Below are positions 9,783 to 19,104 of a stretch of DNA of 47,332 nt, piece by piece. The notes under the pieces were generated by a model. The model searched no databases. It had not been told where the DNA came from and saw nothing but the letters and a program-made list of their open reading frames with translations. Made by a program: the position numbers and the translations under genes. Position 1 is the stretch's first letter. Each line of letters opens with the position of its first letter. This stretch comes from Myxococcota bacterium (GTDB lineage Bacteria > Myxococcota_A > UBA796 > GCA-2862545), in assembly GCA_039208735.1 (NCBI GenBank), contig JBCCQY010000057.1, positions 1 through 47,332 of the forward strand, in the 5' to 3' direction.

Positions 9783-9930
9783 GGTATGACGGCTCTCGTG
9801 TGCTTCCGGATGCATCCGAACCACCTCCGTGGTCTTCGATGCACGCTCCGGACACGCCCGGACCTCTGCCAGCACCGCCAGATCGAGCTTCGGGAGTAGG
9901 AGGTCGTAGGTTCGAATCTGCCATCCCGAC
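9783..9930 (+). repeat. att-like element copy D: arm plus degenerate tRNA-Pro 3' half (9887-9930)
   Basis: GGATGCATCCGAACCACCTCC...CCGGACACGCC...GCACCGCCAGATCGAGCTTCGGGAGTAGGAGGTCGTAGGTTCGAATC-TGCCATCCCGAC. Confidence 0.85.
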
Positions 9931-10393
9931 TCGTTTCATCAGGTCAGCGACCGTGAATCACTCGGCCGGACCACGGTGTGCTTGTTGCACTCAACTACAT
10001 CGCCGTGCATCGCTGCGGAATCCTCGCATCTCGCAGTTGCGGCCAGCCTGGCAGGCAGGAACGTGTCGGGCTACTCACGCTCGCTCTCAACCCCACACCG
10101 CCTGCCGCAAGTGACCACACTGGCAGGTCGGACCCTGGAAATGGGCCGAAAGGTCGCTTGCCGCGTTCGCGATTTCGTCGAGCGACCGCGAAGGCAGGTC
10201 GTTGGCCACTCCGGTATAGGGCCGGGACCACTCGGAGTGCCCCTTCACATCCGCTCGATGGCCGAGCGCAACATCACGCCTTCGACCTCGCGGACCATGC
10301 TCCGCGTCCGCAATGGGTGCGATGCCAGGAACTCCTCGAAGCGCTCCTCCAGGAATGCCCCGCGCACGTTCAGATGGGCACCTTAACGATGCT

Positions 10394-10444
10394 AAAACAA
10401 CGCGTTGTTTTGTCGATCTGATACGATAAACAACGCGTTGTTTT
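10394..10444. promoter_or_regulatory. Tandem perfect palindromes upstream of the ATPase gene
   Basis: AAAACAACGCGTTGTTTT (10394-10411) and AAACAACGCGTTGTTT (10428-10443). Confidence 0.7.
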
Positions 10445-10456
10445 ATTGGAGTGGCG

Positions 10457-11833
10457 ATGAGGCGCAGGTTCGCCGATGTCATGGATGCATGGTTGGCTAG
10501 ATCCGACCGACGACCGCTTGTGCTTCGGGGGGCTCGGCAAGTGGGCAAGACATGGCTCGTGCGCGATCTCGCAGCGCGTTCGGGCCGTCGGCTGGTCGAT
10601 CTCAATCTGGAACAGGATCCGAGCTGGGCACGTGCCTTCGATACGAACGAGGTCAGGGCGTTCCTCTCTGACCTGTCGCTGCGGCTCGGGCATAGAGTGG
10701 ACGCGGGCACCTGCATGCTTTTCCTCGATGAGATCCAGGCGGTTCCTTCGCTGCTCGCCAAGCTCCGGTGGTTGTACGAGGACGCTCCCGACCTGCCGGT
10801 GGTCGCAGCGGGGTCGCTGCTCGAGTTCGTACTGGGCGACCACGCCATGAGCATGCCGGTCGGGCGTGTGAGGTTCGAGAACGTGGAGCCCGTGAGCTTC
10901 GAGGAGTACCTCGGAGCTCACGGGCAGGACGAGCTGGCGGAGCGGATGGTTCGTTGGCGAGCAGGTGCTGCCTGGTCGGCCATTGCGCATGAGCAGGCTA
11001 CCCGATGGTTTGAGAGATACGCCATGATCGGCGGAATGCCCTCAGTGGTCGATGCAGACGTGCACGGCGCCTCGCCCCGGGAATGTCGGCGTCTCCAGGC
11101 CGATCTTGTGGCGACCTACCGGGCGGACTTCGCGAAATACCGAGGTCGACTCGATCGAACGGTGCTGGACGCGGTGCTGCAGAGTGTGGCCCGCTCGGTC
11201 GGTGAGAAGTTTGTCTACGCCCGAGTGGGTGACGGCGTGAAGCAGCCGTCGGCCAGGCTCGCGCTAGAGCGCCTCGCGGAGGCCCGCATCTGCCACATCG
11301 CGCCTCACTCTGCCGCGAATGGGTTGCCGCTCGGCGCCGAGGCCAACCCACGTCATCGCAAGGTCAGTTTGGTCGACGTCGGACTGCTTCATGCGTTGCT
11401 GGGCACCCCCGCCGACGACAGCTTCCCGCCGTCCCACCACCTAAGCGCGGCGATGCGAGGACAGCTCGCGGATCAGTTGGTCGCACAGCAGCTGAGGCTC
11501 ACACAGCCCTCGTTCGGAGGTGGGCCCGAACTCCACCACTGGCGCCGCGGCGGGGGGCGACCCGGGGAGATTGACTTCATCGTCCCGCTGCAGGGTCGCG
11601 TGGTGCCGATCGAAGTCAAGGCCGGGGCGGCAGGAGCGATGAAGAGCCTCCACCGATTCGTGCATGCCAAGGGGCTCCACTTCGCGGTGCGATGCGACGC
11701 GAATCCTCCTTCCGTCCAACGGATTCAGGTGAAGACGACCGAAGGGAATCCCGTAGCCTACGACCTGCTTTCGGTGCCCCTCTACCTGGTGTGGAACCTC
11801 GATTCGATTGTTCGCGACTTGATCAGAGGATGA
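10457..11833 (+). CDS. AAA+ ATPase with DUF4143 domain
   Basis: LVLRGARQVGKT (Walker A), LFLDEIQ (Walker B), AAGSLL, GGMP, DVGLL and C-terminal EIDFIV...PIEVKAG. Confidence 0.9.
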   Translation: MRRRFADVMDAWLARSDRRPLVLRGARQVGKTWLVRDLAARSGRRLVDLNLEQDPSWARAFDTNEVRAFLSDLSLRLGHRVDAGTCMLFLDEIQAVPSLLAKLRWLYEDAPDLPVVAAGSLLEFVLGDHAMSMPVGRVRFENVEPVSFEEYLGAHGQDELAERMVRWRAGAAWSAIAHEQATRWFERYAMIGGMPSVVDADVHGASPRECRRLQADLVATYRADFAKYRGRLDRTVLDAVLQSVARSVGEKFVYARVGDGVKQPSARLALERLAEARICHIAPHSAANGLPLGAEANPRHRKVSLVDVGLLHALLGTPADDSFPPSHHLSAAMRGQLADQLVAQQLRLTQPSFGGGPELHHWRRGGGRPGEIDFIVPLQGRVVPIEVKAGAAGAMKSLHRFVHAKGLHFAVRCDANPPSVQRIQVKTTEGNPVAYDLLSVPLYLVWNLDSIVRDLIRG

Positions 11834-11877
11834 GACCCGTAGGCGCACCGTGGACGCCGGGCATGTCTACGGCGACC

Positions 11878-13089
11878 TCACTGTCGTCCTCGATCAATGT
11901 GTTCCTCCCATGATCGCCCAGCTCGCAGATCCAGAAGCAGGAACCGTGCTCCGAGGTTGTCGCTCGGGTTGAGCCGCAGCATCCGCTCGTACACGTCGAT
12001 CGCGTCATCGAAGCGCTGCTGGCGCCAGAGACACAGGCCGTAGCCGTGAAGGCACCGGTGGAATGGTCGGTTGTCGAGGTGACCCCACAGCAGGACTCCG
12101 TCGAACCCGGGTCCGAGGGTCAGCTCGGCGATGCGGAGTCCGACCTCGTAGTGACCAAGCGCGACTTGGGGGTTGTCGAATTCGAAGTTGCCGAGGTGGG
12201 TGTGGGCGTCCAGGCAGCGGAGGTCTTCGATCAGCATGTCCATCAGAACCCGCCGTCCGGCCTGGTGATCTCCGCTGTCACGCAGTGCGATGGCCCGGAG
12301 GATCGGCCCATCGTCCCATTTACGCGGGTCGTCGCCCGGAGTGATGACTTCCAACTCGAAGCAGGGACGAGGGCCACCCTCCACCAAGGCTTGGGCCCAG
12401 TCCTCGAGTGGATCGTCCTCTTCGCCCCAATCGTGATCGGATGGGTCCCAGGTGCCCATCGGGTTTAAGCGGAGTGGCTCGATGCCCAGGGCCGCAATGT
12501 CGAGTCGCGATGTCGTCACCTCGCCAGATAGGTAGTGGTGGCCAGCCTGTCGCCACTGCTTGTGTCCCTTCACCGTGATGATCTTTCCCGGAACCACGTT
12601 CCAGAGGCTACCGGCGCGAAGAATTAGCGCGTGACCCGAGGCAAGAACGCGACATCGGGCCGCCTTCTGGCGAACGCCGAGTACCACGAGTTCAATCGGG
12701 AGCTGGAGATCGAGTTGGCTCGCATCGACCTTTTGGTGCTTGGCAGCCGGTGGGGCGTCTGCCTCTATGGGCTCGAGTCCGCGCCAAAGGCGATAAGCGT
12801 CGACAACCTTTCGCCCCGTAGAGCTGTCTGGGAAGACGACTGCGGTGAGCTCGACGTCGTACTCGCGACCATCCGGTCGCCGACACCGACCATTCAGCGT
12901 GGGCTGGTTCGCTCCCTGGAGCTCCACAGATACCAGCGATACGGGTTCGCCGATGACGAATACGTTGGCAGGAAGCTCCACCTCGTCCATGAAGGCGATG
13001 TGGAACGCAGAGATTTGCTCGTGGTCATCATACGCGTCCACGATGATGGACGATACGAGCTCAGCGAGGTCTTGGCCAAGGTCGCTCAT
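11878..13089 (-). CDS. Protein with CcbP-like N-terminus and C-terminal TPR
   Basis: IIVDAYDDHEQISAF...; C-terminal DLRCLDAHTHLGN...DNRPFHRCLHGYGLCLW...MLRLNPSDNLGARFLL. Intact ORF. Confidence 0.75.
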   Translation of the reverse strand: MSDLGQDLAELVSSIIVDAYDDHEQISAFHIAFMDEVELPANVFVIGEPVSLVSVELQGANQPTLNGRCRRPDGREYDVELTAVVFPDSSTGRKVVDAYRLWRGLEPIEADAPPAAKHQKVDASQLDLQLPIELVVLGVRQKAARCRVLASGHALILRAGSLWNVVPGKIITVKGHKQWRQAGHHYLSGEVTTSRLDIAALGIEPLRLNPMGTWDPSDHDWGEEDDPLEDWAQALVEGGPRPCFELEVITPGDDPRKWDDGPILRAIALRDSGDHQAGRRVLMDMLIEDLRCLDAHTHLGNFEFDNPQVALGHYEVGLRIAELTLGPGFDGVLLWGHLDNRPFHRCLHGYGLCLWRQQRFDDAIDVYERMLRLNPSDNLGARFLLLDLRAGRSWEEHIDRGRQ

Positions 13090-13174
13090 CAGCTGCTCCC
13101 GCTTGGTTACGAGCAGCGTACAACGCGTCTGTTTGGAAAGCGTTGGGTTCCGGTTGGACCTCGTGTGCACTCAC

Positions 13175-13794
13175 TCACGGCCTCGGGCAACCCAGCTCGT
13201 GTGATGCAATCGCTGGTCGGCGGGCGGTGAGGAGGAATATCGGGTAGCTCCGCTCGTCCCTGGTCACATGGCAGGCCGTGGAGAACCCGATGTCGACGAA
13301 ACCAGCGGCCTGGGCCAGCCCACCGAGGGCGCTGCGGTCGAACCCGTGGTGAAACACCCCTTCGATGTCCGGCGGGTGGAACCGGCCGTCCTCGGCATCG
13401 AGATCCGCCAGAGCCAGGGTGCCGCCCGGGGTCAGATGGGCGAATAGGGTGCGCATCAGCTGGGCCGTGTCGTCCACGTGGTGGGCCGCCATGGCGCTGA
13501 CCACCAGGTCGACCTGGCGGTCCAAGGGGGTGCGCAGCAGGTCTTGGCACACGATCTCGACCCGATCGGACAGGCGCTCGAGCATAGCCGGGGACACGTC
13601 CACGGCCAGGATGGGCCCGACGTAGGAGGCGATCCTGGTGCTGACCAGGCCCGTCCCGGCCCCGAAGTCCATCACCGTGGCGTCAGGAGACAGCACGCCA
13701 GCGCGTTGCAGTGCCGCGAATACCCCATCGGAGATCTGCTGGGCACGGGTCTGTCGTCGTAGTCGGCGGCGCGGTCGCGGAACAGGTCGGTCAT
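13175..13794 (-). pseudogene. Class I SAM-dependent methyltransferase with a 5' frameshift
   Basis: VMDFGAGTGL, AVDVSPAML, SAMAAHHV, EDGRFH...HHGFDR. The natural start MTDLFRDRAADYD (13794) is out of frame by ~1 nt near 13741. Confidence 0.75.
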
Positions 13795-14051
13795 CTTCCC
13801 CTCCAGGTGGCTCGCTGGGGCGTCAATACCATTCCTCAACGGTCCCCGAGGAGGGAAGCTCGGACCTCACCAACCGCGAAGGGTCCGCAGGCCTCCATCG
13901 GAGGCGACCATCCTGACACCATCCAATATGGATGTTTTGAGTTGCGCTCTACGCCATCCTTCTGCCCAGCCTGACTGAAACAAGCCCGAAAGCTGAGCCG
14001 ATGCTCGCGTGCGAGGGCCAAGCGCCCTTGGTTTCATGATGGGAGAGTTTG

Positions 14052-15767
14052 ATGTCTGCGATTCCTGCCGCACTCCATGCCGCATTGCAATTGCTTCCCA
14101 CCCCAGAAGCAGCCGAGGAGTCCGCCCCGACTGAGGCCGTACCCCGCAGTAATTTCCAGCCCGTGGGCAATCCGTTCCTGCAGCGATTCGCCCTTCACCG
14201 CATGCTCGGGGCGTTTGTGGCGGCCACCGGCGTTCTGGAGGCCAAGCGAGGGGCAAGCTACCACGCGTGGCTTCATCGCCTGCGTTTGCTCGATCGCTTG
14301 CCCGGTTCGTGGTCGGTCGAGTCGGTCGTCGACACCTTGCCCGTCATCGGCAGCCGACCGGTGGCGCCGTGCCCAGACCTTCCACCGGGGGTCACTGGTC
14401 CGTGGCCCCAAAGACCGGTCCTCGCCCCTGGACTGTACTCGCCCGTCATGAACCTCTCGCGTGAGGAGGAGCAACGACACCTTTCGTTCAACGTGCTGCG
14501 GTATCTCGGCCAGGCCACTACGACGTTGCCCCGCGCCGTGTGGAAGGCGAGCGCCCGAGCCCGCCTGGCCGAAATGAACGACGTGACGTTCGCGTCGCTG
14601 CTTCAGGACACGACCTACGCGCAGTACATCTGCAAGGGCCTCGACCCCAAGGACCTCCACCCGTTTCGGCACCTGCTTCGACGCCCCGCGAGCGAGTACT
14701 ACAAGGTCGACTTCGAGCTGTTCGCGGAGATGCAGACCATCGACCCCGAGATGCCTCAGACGGGCTCGGTGACCCTTCTCGAACGAGACTCCACGGGCCG
14801 GTTTTGGCCCCTCGCCATCCAACTTGGCGATCGTGTGATCGAGCCGCAGCATGGTCCGGCCTGGGAACTCGCGCGGTACTTCGTCCTGCAGCACGCGGCC
14901 ACCCAGACCGTGGTGGTCTGGCACCCTCGATTGCACTTTCCCTGCGACGCGGTGCATGCCATCACCCTGTCGCTGCTTCCCGACGGCCATCCGATCAAAC
15001 GGCTGATGTTGCCGCACACTCCGCTCACCCTTGGCTTGCACCAGGCCGTGATGCACAACCATCGGTCCGTCTTCCACAACAACCAACGCGAGATCTTCGC
15101 CCCGATGGCCTACACCACGAAGGCCATCCGCGATGCGGCCGCCAAGGGACGCGCTGGCATTGCGGGCAACCGAGGGTACCCGGAGTATCGATGGGGCGAC
15201 GACCTACTCGGAGACCACGTCAGCTACGGGCATTACCGTCGGGAGTGGGCCGCGGCGTTCTTCCGGCTGTGCGAAGGTGCGCTCGCCCAGGTCTCGTCGC
15301 ACGACCGCGCCGTGGCCGCGTGGGCCGATCACATCAGTGCGTTCGTACCCGGCTTCCCCGACTCGTCGGTGATCTTCCAGGGCGACACCCTGGCCCAGGC
15401 GGTGTCGACCTGGATGCGTGGGGTCACCGCGTTCCACACCGCCGATCACTACAGCTACGGCCGAATCCCGATGAAGTGGTCCCCGCTGCGTGTGCGCGCT
15501 CCGCTGCCCCACCCCGACCAAACCGAGCGGGTGCCGGTGGGGCGTCTCGTGTCGCGCGAGGATCGCTTACGCCAGGTGCTGGCTCACGAGCTTTTCTTTC
15601 GCCCAACCGTCATCTACCGCTTGTCCGAGGTGCAGTACGACGTTGAAGGGGGGCGGGCCCAGCATTCGGTCGACCGCTTCTTCGAGGAGGTCGCAGCCAT
15701 CGATGCCGAGTGGTCGACGAGCAGTTTTCCGACTTCGGACCAGATCGGAGCCAGCATTCACTATTGA
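14052..15767 (+). CDS. Lipoxygenase-family protein (atypical metal ligands)
   Basis: WPLAIQL, WELARYF, HPRLH-x17-H-x8-H (LPDGHPIKRLMLPH), FHTADH, C-terminal ASIHY. Confidence 0.75.
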   Translation: MSAIPAALHAALQLLPTPEAAEESAPTEAVPRSNFQPVGNPFLQRFALHRMLGAFVAATGVLEAKRGASYHAWLHRLRLLDRLPGSWSVESVVDTLPVIGSRPVAPCPDLPPGVTGPWPQRPVLAPGLYSPVMNLSREEEQRHLSFNVLRYLGQATTTLPRAVWKASARARLAEMNDVTFASLLQDTTYAQYICKGLDPKDLHPFRHLLRRPASEYYKVDFELFAEMQTIDPEMPQTGSVTLLERDSTGRFWPLAIQLGDRVIEPQHGPAWELARYFVLQHAATQTVVVWHPRLHFPCDAVHAITLSLLPDGHPIKRLMLPHTPLTLGLHQAVMHNHRSVFHNNQREIFAPMAYTTKAIRDAAAKGRAGIAGNRGYPEYRWGDDLLGDHVSYGHYRREWAAAFFRLCEGALAQVSSHDRAVAAWADHISAFVPGFPDSSVIFQGDTLAQAVSTWMRGVTAFHTADHYSYGRIPMKWSPLRVRAPLPHPDQTERVPVGRLVSREDRLRQVLAHELFFRPTVIYRLSEVQYDVEGGRAQHSVDRFFEEVAAIDAEWSTSSFPTSDQIGASIHY

Positions 15768-15948
15768 GCGAGTGTTGCTCGCGCCACGCGCTCCGATGAG
15801 CAGGGCATGCACGCAAGACCCGACCCCGAGGCCTTCTCGTGTTTGCCCCTTATCCTCGCGACCATGGGGTCGGTCGTCCTGCTATTTTCGCTGCTGTGCA
15901 CGGGCGTCGTGACCGTGCTCGGAAGCTCGCTCGCCACTGGCGGTTGAA
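15733..15948 (+). repeat. 216-bp direct repeat, left copy
   Basis: Gapless alignment with 31700-31915; only a handful of substitutions. Confidence 0.95.
15807..15947 (+). CDS. 46-aa single-TM small protein (copy 1)
   Basis: MHARPDPEAFSCLPLILATMGSVVLLFSLLCTGVVTVLGSSLATGG*; differences from copy 2 are synonymous or conservative. Confidence 0.55.
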   Translation: MHARPDPEAFSCLPLILATMGSVVLLFSLLCTGVVTVLGSSLATGG

Positions 15949-16209
15949 TCATCCTTCGGAAGGCCAGCACAAGTCCACCATCGATGAGCGCATGGAACTC
16001 ACCCTATCCTTGCCATCTGCCTCCAAGGTAAGCGGTCGAAACCTGCTCTCGGCGAGCGTGTAGAAACTCGTCGAGCCTGCAGAACAGAGCATCAGGTACC
16101 CACGGTCCCGCAGCCGACGAGGGAGCTGGCTCGTCCCCAGCGTGTCAACTCTGATCACCTGCGCGTTCGCGCATTGTCGATCTTCCTTGTCCTACGCGCT
16201 TACTGGCGG

Positions 16210-18588
16210 GCTTCAGCAGCGTCGAGCCCGAGTCTCGGATTGGACTAAGCGTGCCGACGTTGACGCCGCCCGAAGCGACCTTGCTTCAACGGGGCCGAGC
16301 CCGAGGCTCGGATGGGACCATCGTCGTCGTTGCCGGCAGCGTTCACGGCCTCGTCGCTTCAACGGGGCCGAGCCCGAGGCTCGGATGGGACGCGGCGCAG
16401 GAGGGGTGTAGCCCCACCATCGTCCCAGCTTCAACGGGGCCGAGCACGAGGCTCGGATGGGACGGGGACCCAGGGGATGGGCTGTCGGTTGCGGGGCAAC
16501 GGCTTCAACGGGGCCGAGCACGAGGCTCGGATGGGACGACAGGTTCTCCGTCCCCCCGACAACCGCATCTGGCTTCAACGGGGCCGAGCACGAGGCTCGG
16601 ATGGGACCAATCAATGGGCAACGATGGGGCAACACCCCCATCTGGCTTCAACGGGGCCGAGCCCGAGGCTCGGATGGGACCCCGAGCCGGTGCGCTCGAT
16701 GGCGTAGGGGACCTCGGGGCTTCAACGGGGCCGAGCACGAGGCTCGGATGGGACGGCACTGATGAGCCCATGGCCAGGGCGAAACCAAAGGAGGCTTTAA
16801 CGGGGCCGAGCACGAGGCTCGGATGGGACCGCGCCACTTGCGACGGCCGTTCAACCCTTGTTGAACGCTTCAACGGGGCCGAGCACGAGGCTCGGATGGG
16901 ACAAGTTCTTCTCGAGCCTCATCCACGCGAGGCCGACCCACGCTTCAACGGGGCCGAGCACGAGGCTCGGATGGGACTTGGGTTCAGACACGGCCGCGTA
17001 TTTATCAAGGCCGCTTCAACGGGGCCGAGCACGAGGCTCGGATGGGTCCGCACAAGTCATGGATGCAGCGCGGTGCAGCTGGTGAAGCTTCAACGGGGCC
17101 GAGCCCGAGGCTCGGATGGGACAGTTTCGGACTCTCGCTGGTAGATTGGGGCTTCGTCGAGCTTCAACGGGGCCGAGCACGAGGCTCGGATGGGACCAGT
17201 GGGTCAAAGATGCTCGAGCGCAGCCGCTCACAAGCTTCAACGGGGCCGAGCACGAGGCTCGGATGGGACTTTCGAGTCGCACTAGAAAGTGTTCCGCCAT
17301 TGTGCCGCTTCAACGGGGCCGAGCACGAGGCTCGGATGGGACATACTAGCGTCCCGCTGGGTGCCAGGTCACACACCGCAGCTTCAACGGGGCCGAGCAC
17401 GAGGCTCGGATGGGACCCTGCGCACGGCATACGCTTCATGGCGGGACCAGTTCGCTTCAACGGGGCCGAGCACGAGGCTCGGATGGGACGCCGCATCGGA
17501 AGCGTCCGGGGGGCGACGTCGCCGCCGCTTCAACGGGGCCGAGCACGAGGCTCGGATGGGACCGTCCGAGGGGCTGGACAGAGCCTCAACTGGACCGTGG
17601 CTTCAACGGGGCCGAGCACGAGGCTCGGATGGGACACGATGCGGCTCTCCGAGGGCGAGCGAGATGAGATGGCTTCAACGGGGCCGAGCACGAGGCTCGG
17701 ATGGGACGGCGGGTCGGGCCCCGTTCGACGCGTACTACACCCCCGCTTCAACGGGGCCGAGCACGAGGCTCGGATGGGACGCCAAAATCTTCGCGGATCT
17801 AGGCGTGCAGCAGCATGGAGCTTCAACGGGGCCGAGCACGAGGCTCGGATGGGACGAGTCCCTCAAGGTAAGGAATGGACCCTGACGTCTGCAGGCTTCA
17901 ACGGGGCCGAGCACGAGGCTCGGATGGGACACCTGCGCTCGATCTGCGCAGGCAGCGCGAACGCATCGCTTCAACGGGGCCGAGCACGAGGCTCGGATGG
18001 GACGGCTTCGCCATCGGGCGCCTCCGGCTGCGGCGGCGGCTTCAACGGGGCCGAGCACGAGGCTCGGATGGGACCGCGATCGATGGTGTTGTGGGTGAAG
18101 ACGCCCGCGAGGCTTCAACGGGGCCGAGCACGAGGCTCGGATGGGACCGAGAACCGCCAACGGAAATCGAGCGTTCATTGTCTCTCCAGTGCTTCAACGG
18201 GGCCGAGCACGAGGCTCGGATGGGACGCTGCCAGTCACCCGAGCCTGTCTCATCTTCGAACGCTTCAACGGGGCCGAGCACGAGGCTCGGATGGGACCGC
18301 GGCGTTGGCGGATTCGTACCACCCCTGGGTGGTGCTTCAACGGGGCCGAGCACGAGGCTCGGATGGGACGCTAGCGCACGCATCGTAACAACAGGAGACG
18401 ACATGGAGCTTCAACGGGGCCGAGCACGAGGCTCGGATGGGACCCACGCAGACCCCCAGATGACGCAATTACCGACAGTGGCTTCAACGGGGCCGAGCAC
18501 GAGGCTCGGATGGGACCGATCTGATTGCGGTACAGGGCGCCAGCCCAGGGGGGCTTCAACGGGGCCGAGCACGAGGCTCGGATGGGAC
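16210..18588 (-). CRISPR. Type I-G CRISPR array: 33 repeats (one degenerate terminal copy), 32 spacers
   Basis: 36-bp repeat GCTTCAACGGGGCCGAGCACGAGGCTCGGATGGGAC on + (GTCCC...GTTGAAGC on -), with a CCGAGC/GCTCGG hairpin. Starts counted from 16283 to 18553; degenerate trailer copy at 16210-16245; spacers ~35-43 bp. Confidence 0.98.
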
Positions 18589-18790
18589 AGCGCCCTTGGT
18601 TTTGTGGTTTCAACCTTGATTGAATCCACCTCCTGCGAGAGGTCTCGAAATCTCCTCAAATCTAACCGCCGATCTTCCCTCGAACAGCCCTGAAATATCT
18701 CCGAAATCTAGATTAAACCTATATCGCGAGCGGTCCCAGGGACTTTCGGCGCCACCGGACCGCTCGCACGGATTTCAATGATCGGGAACG
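18589..18790 (-). promoter_or_regulatory. CRISPR leader
   Basis: AT-richer segment between cas2 and the first repeat, with inverted repeat GCGAGCGGTCC...GGACCGCTCGC (18726-18767). The degenerate repeat is at the opposite end of the array. Confidence 0.75.
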
Positions 18791-18795
18791 TGTCG

Positions 18796-19104
18796 TCAGA
18801 CAATTCGTACCACGCGTTCAGGTTCGTCCACCGAAAAGCCAATCGTCCACGCCGACCAAGAGTTCGCGGCGTCGGCTTCGCCGAGCGGCACCAGCAAGAC
18901 TTGGTCGCGAGTTGGATCGATCACCGACTGCAGTTCTTCTTCGAAGGATGCGAGCTGGCGATCGGTGAGTGCGCAGCGAAAGACGGAATACTGGAGATGA
19001 TCGCCAAACGCGCGGCACGCTCGATAAACCCTACGCCAACGAGCCTCAGCGCCTTCGCCGCAAATGTCGTAGCAAACCAAATAGAGTTGGCGTGGTCGAG
19101 TCAT
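18796..19104 (-). CDS. cas2: CRISPR-associated endoribonuclease Cas2
   Basis: LYLVCYDI...RWRRVYRACRAFGDHLQYSVFRC...DQVLLVPLG. Confidence 0.95.
   Translation of the reverse strand: MTRPRQLYLVCYDICGEGAEARWRRVYRACRAFGDHLQYSVFRCALTDRQLASFEEELQSVIDPTRDQVLLVPLGEADAANSWSAWTIGFSVDEPERVVRIV

Noticed and set aside
4979..9930. Classical integron with attC sites
   Set aside because: No IntI was seen, no RYYYAAC...GTTRRRY boxes were recognised, and genes lie in both orientations.
15949..16200. Possible RecG-like/ATP-binding regulator C-terminal remnant (RVDTL...RRLRDRG)
   Set aside because: Short and degraded; not enough evidence without a search.
16251..18693. Long ORFs across the CRISPR array
   Set aside because: These are translations of repeats (ASTGPSTRLGWD etc.), not genes.
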